DNA of 7,347 nucleotides from a virus: IMG/VR virus record IMGVR_UViG_3300028584_000654, positions 1 to 7,347 of that record; one strand, 5' to 3'. Shown piece by piece: positions 4,881 to 7,347 of this stretch (position 1 is its first letter; each line of letters starts with the position of its first letter). The notes under the pieces were generated by a model. It saw only the letters and a program-made list of their open reading frames with translations, ran no database searches and was not told where the DNA came from. The position numbers and the translations under genes were made by a program.

Positions 4881-5110
4881 CAAAGGTCGATGATTTTCCT
4901 GCAAGCGTCCTGCAGGGCAGAAAGGCGATCATCGAAAACAGTGCTTTCCTGCTGGAAGTCGGACAGCGCGGAACTAAGCTTACGGACCTTGGCCACGAGC
5001 CGAGGATAGTCCTCAATGACGTAAGAAACAGCGTCGGAAGGGTCGCGCCCAGGCGCATAGAGCTTGGCTAGATCGACAAGACGAGAGGGCAAATCAATGG
5101 GCGTTCGCAT
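4880..5110 (-). CDS. Small RHH-like protein with coiled-coil-like C-terminal half (ORF A), 76 aa; apparent paralog of ORF B
   Basis: The ORF-track start at 5149 is a TTG inside the palindrome apex and has no SD. The first ATG (5110-5108) has a weak AGG 8 nt upstream. RTPIDLPSRLVDLAKLYAPGRDPSDAVSYVIEDY fits a strand-helix-helix pattern. It shares architecture and scattered identities with ORF B, for example G/Q-R-x-x-x-x-AV and Y-x-x-x-Y/L-x-x-L. Confidence 0.6.
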   Translation of the reverse strand: MRTPIDLPSRLVDLAKLYAPGRDPSDAVSYVIEDYPRLVAKVRKLSSALSDFQQESTVFDDRLSALQDACRKIIDL

Positions 5111-5192
5111 AATGGGACCTACATTAAATTGAGCCCGGTGCTTGCGCAATTATCCGAGCCCAATTGAACGTAAGTCCTTGATTATGCGAAGC
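5102..5192. other. Putative XerCD-dependent attachment site: two inverted dif-like sites forming a 90-nt imperfect palindrome
   Basis: Site 1 (+, 5102-5129) reads CGTTCGCATAA-TGGGAC-CTACATTAAAT. Against E. coli dif GGTGCGCATAA-TGTATA-TTATGTTAAAT it matches 9/11 in the XerC arm and 8/11 in the XerD arm. Site 2 (-, 5192-5163) reads GCTTCGCATAA-TCAAGGAC-TTACGTTCAAT and matches 9/11 and 9/11, with an 8-nt spacer. The XerC arms form a perfect 10-bp inverted repeat (5104-5113 and 5181-5190). No integrase gene is present in the genome. Confidence 0.65.
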
Positions 5193-6467
5193 CTATAGGA
5201 ACTTTCGAGGCTCTGGCTCATGAGGCACGACGACAACGGTTGTCGAAGCATTCGCGGGGGTTTGGCTGCCGGCATCAGTACCGGGCCGGTCGCTCCGCTC
5301 GCTCTCCGGTACTGATTGCCGACCGCCATCGGAAGCGACGGAATCTACCACCTGGGTCACTGCGCCTCGACCGGTCCAGGGCGTGACGCGCTCACCATCA
5401 ACGTCACAGAGCAAATACAAATCACGCTCGATCCAACGGCATGACGACAGCGGCATGATTCGGCGCTGATTGGCATCACCAGCAAGGATAACGCTCGACG
5501 TCCTGCTAAGCGATCCAGAACCAGACACAGACGGCCCACATGGGAGAATGACGCCGGATTCGTCCGTAACTGAGCAACCAGCAAAGCCAGCAACACGCCA
5601 GACAGCAGACGGCGGGAGGCTCACATCAGATGACATAGGGACAACAGTTTTAACGGCGCGCTCAGCCACTGAGGCGCGCGGTTGAGGCTGAACAGGCTCA
5701 GGCGGTGGCGGATTAACAAGCGACGACTGAACAGGCTTAGACGGGCCATTGATGACGGGGGAAAAGTAGCTGTAAAGGCCAATTGATCCACCCAGGAGAG
5801 AAACGACCACAAGCACCATAAGCGCCCAAAGAGCTGGGGAAGCAAAAACATTGCCGCGGCGATCCGCCTTGGATTCGTCGCCAACCTCCCCCGTTTGGCT
5901 TTGCGTTGCCGACTGGTAATAACGGTGCACGCTGGCACTGAACTTACCGAAAGATTGCCGCTGCAGCTGGGACTTTGGCGGGCGATCACCCTTCACGCCT
6001 CCGCTGTAAATATCGACTCGATAAGCCGTTTTGGTTTTCTTAACGACGCGATAAGTCTGTTCAATCAAGGCAACAGCGAAAGAGGCAACCTGCGACAAAT
6101 CCTGCGTGACCAGAACAATACGCATGGACTTACCATTCTTGTCGACACGATGACGATGCTCAGCCAACAGAGCCTTGTCCTCATGAGAAACAACATTGGC
6201 CTTAAGCCCAGCAGGCCAACGCCGCCAAAGTTCATCGAGAATCAGAACGCAACCAGGGGGAGCAAGATCATTCAAATCTGGCCGCGTATGCCAATCGTCA
6301 GGCAGTTGAGTGATAAAGCCGCCGAAATCCTCAAGCAACATATCAACTTGAAGCGGAATATTAGTGACAACGTGTCGATTCTGCTTAAGCGAAGGAATAA
6401 TAACGTGCTGGACAACACCATAACTTTTGCCGTGCCCAGGCTTGCCAGTGTATGCGTCAATTGCCAT
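5193..6467 (-). CDS. gI: Assembly ATPase, Zot / gene I protein family, 424 aa
   Basis: The N-terminus MAIDAYTGKPGHGKSYG carries a Walker A motif (GKPGHGKS, about 6423-6446). A Walker B-like CVLILDE follows. A single TM segment PALWALMVLVVVSLLGGSIGLYSYF spans residues 211-235. The C-terminal part is 189 aa. The position after the gVI-like gene matches the Ff order. Confidence 0.9.
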   Translation of the reverse strand: MAIDAYTGKPGHGKSYGVVQHVIIPSLKQNRHVVTNIPLQVDMLLEDFGGFITQLPDDWHTRPDLNDLAPPGCVLILDELWRRWPAGLKANVVSHEDKALLAEHRHRVDKNGKSMRIVLVTQDLSQVASFAVALIEQTYRVVKKTKTAYRVDIYSGGVKGDRPPKSQLQRQSFGKFSASVHRYYQSATQSQTGEVGDESKADRRGNVFASPALWALMVLVVVSLLGGSIGLYSYFSPVINGPSKPVQSSLVNPPPPEPVQPQPRASVAERAVKTVVPMSSDVSLPPSAVWRVAGFAGCSVTDESGVILPCGPSVSGSGSLSRTSSVILAGDANQRRIMPLSSCRWIERDLYLLCDVDGERVTPWTGRGAVTQVVDSVASDGGRQSVPESERSDRPGTDAGSQTPANASTTVVVVPHEPEPRKFL

Positions 6468-6470
6468 AGA

Positions 6471-6770
6471 TCACCCAATAAACGGAATGCGACGAAGAAC
6501 AAAACGAGCGCCATAAGCAGCAAGAACAACCGCGATGCCGAAATTCAACTCGAAGATTCCAGCAAAATACATAACAGTTGAAGGAATACCACCAAAAGCG
6601 CCGGAGGCCTGAGTTACAAAGTCAGGAACAGGAATTGACTCTATAAAGCTGGCGAGGCCATCCATTGCTTCGGAAAACAGTTTTTTAGGTATCCACAAAG
6701 AATGCTCATAAAACCAGTCAATCAGGTCACTGAACAAATCTTTAAAAAAGCCTTTTATCCAATCAAACAT
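6471..6770 (-). CDS. gVI: Minor coat / membrane protein in the gVI position (resembles my recollection of the DUF2523-type proteins found next to zot in inoviruses), 99 aa
   Basis: ATG 6770 has a GAGGT SD 4-5 nt upstream. A hydrophobic segment GIFELNFGIAVVLAAYGARFVL is followed by the ending RRIPFIG. Its stop lies 3 nt before the gI start (TGAtctATG). Confidence 0.7.
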   Translation of the reverse strand: MFDWIKGFFKDLFSDLIDWFYEHSLWIPKKLFSEAMDGLASFIESIPVPDFVTQASGAFGGIPSTVMYFAGIFELNFGIAVVLAAYGARFVLRRIPFIG

Positions 6771-6777
6771 ATAGACC

Positions 6778-7347
6778 TCACGCAGACAGGAAAATCACCA
6801 GGGCGAGCAAACACCAGACAGCTTTCATAACAAAAGAGAGAATGCTGGAAAGGATAGGCTTGAGTTCATCTATAAAACTCAGATCAAGAGACGCACCGCC
6901 CAGGGCAGCTATAGGAGCAGAAACAAGAGTTGGAGCAGTGCCGACAATTGGAGCGTGTATGTTGCCAACAGCTGAAAACAAGGGGGCATTATTCACCCTG
7001 TTATAAAACTTAGCAGTTGTCTCCTGATAGCTGTCGACCTCCTCTAGCTCAGGCTTAATTAGGTCGCCATCACCGCCAGCGCCCTCCCCGCAATCATCGC
7101 CTGTGCAATCGCCAAAACCGTCACCATCGCCGTCTGGATTGGTGTTCTTATCAGGGCATGAAGCGCCAGTACATGAACCTGTAGTACCAGTGGTGGCACC
7201 GCTGGAGTTGGTGTTAGTGGTAGTTGTGGTGGTGGTTGACGTAGAACTGCATTGGCCAGCACCTGAGCAGGTGGTTTTAGTGGCAACATCAGTCTTAGTA
7301 ATAACTTTGCTGCCGTCTGGATTAGTTTCAGTCTTGACGGTTGTTTG
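6778..7347 (-). CDS. gIII: Adsorption / minor coat protein (gIII-like), 3' portion. The unique part 6778-7092 encodes the last 104 codons plus the stop. Bases 7093-7347 duplicate 1-255.
   Basis: I translated the minus strand from 7347 down to the TGA at 6780-6778 and the frame is open. It is in phase with the 1023..1 segment, since 7092 and 1023 are both multiples of 3. The ORF-track entry 6778..6996 starts at an internal GTG (Val) of this ORF. The sequence ends in a hydrophobic anchor, AVWCLLALVIFLSA. Confidence 0.8.
   Translation of the reverse strand, partial: QTTVKTETNPDGSKVITKTDVATKTTCSGAGQCSSTSTTTTTTTNTNSSGATTGTTGSCTGASCPDKNTNPDGDGDGFGDCTGDDCGEGAGGDGDLIKPELEEVDSYQETTAKFYNRVNNAPLFSAVGNIHAPIVGTAPTLVSAPIAALGGASLDLSFIDELKPILSSILSFVMKAVWCLLALVIFLSA
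7093..7347. repeat. Terminal redundancy copy 2, identical to 1-255
   Basis: Exact 255-bp identity with the window start. Confidence 0.95.

Larger units (their letters stand above)
1..7092 (-). mobile_element. Unit-length circular genome of a filamentous ssDNA phage (Inoviridae-like); the coding (viral plus) strand is the window minus strand
   Basis: The Ff-type gene order (rep, ssDNA-binding, small ORFs, major coat, adsorption protein, gVI-like, Zot/gI-like) is all on one strand. The 255-bp exact end overlap gives a 7,092-bp circle. The size is typical of inoviruses. Confidence 0.9.

Noticed and set aside
4728-5009. 93-aa plus-strand ORF across the GGTACC spacer
   Set aside because: It runs through the AT-rich palindrome array and antisense to ORF A. 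It has no SD. It is more parsimonious to treat the region as noncoding regulatory DNA.
5763-5900. A gene XI analog, an internal in-frame start in gI just before the TM segment
   Set aside because: A strong SD-like GGGGGAGG exists (complement of about 5885-5892), but no in-frame ATG, GTG or TTG follows at a usable distance. The only nearby Met (residue 217) is inside the TM segment.
5193-6467. Calling the Zot-family protein a toxin or virulence cargo
   Set aside because: Zot homology in inoviruses primarily marks the pI assembly ATPase. Nothing in the sequence supports enterotoxin activity.
5895-6581. 228-aa plus-strand ORF
   Set aside because: It is antisense to the Zot/gI-like ATPase domain and the gVI-like gene. 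It has no SD and an odd composition. I read it as a shadow ORF. The same applies to the alternate-frame minus ORFs 5357-5596 and 5621-5989 and the plus ORF 5470-5685 inside gI.
1-7347. CRISPR arrays, tRNA/rRNA genes, IS elements, and toxin-antitoxin or defence-system genes
   Set aside because: There are no regularly spaced direct repeats, no cloverleaf-like or rRNA-like segments, and no transposase- or integrase-sized ORFs. The small RHH-like genes have no adjacent toxin-like partner ORF, so a classical TA call is unsupported.

Overview
This window is one complete, circularly permuted genome of a filamentous ssDNA phage (inovirus-like) with a unit length of 7,092 bp. Bases 1-255 recur exactly at 7093-7347, which I read as the overlap of a circular assembly. 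The adsorption-protein gene (gIII-like) reads without a stop across that junction. All replication, structural and assembly genes are on the window minus strand in the canonical Ff order: Rep (gII-like), a small ORF, the ssDNA-binding protein (clear by-eye similarity to M13 gVp), two small ORFs, the major coat (gVIII-like), a strong intrinsic terminator, a gIII-like gene, a gVI-like gene and a Zot/gI-like assembly ATPase. I find no secretin (gIV), integrase, transposase, tRNA, rRNA or CRISPR. The roughly 1.6 kb between gI and rep (3591-5192) is the accessory and regulatory part and the most interesting region. It holds five elements. (a) A 90-nt imperfect palindrome carrying two inverted dif-like XerC/XerD sites, a CTXphi-style folded attP candidate. 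(b) Two apparently paralogous small proteins with ribbon-helix-helix (RHH)-like N-termini and coiled-coil-like tails. (c) An AT-rich spacer between them holding all four GGTACC palindromes I could find in the genome, plus a CTGCAG palindrome set. (d) A GC-rich hairpin-dense noncoding region. (e) A divergently transcribed third RHH-like regulator facing rep across an operator-like TGCACACA repeat set. All family and function calls rest on reading the translations, gene order and my recollection of the families. No database search or structure prediction was run.
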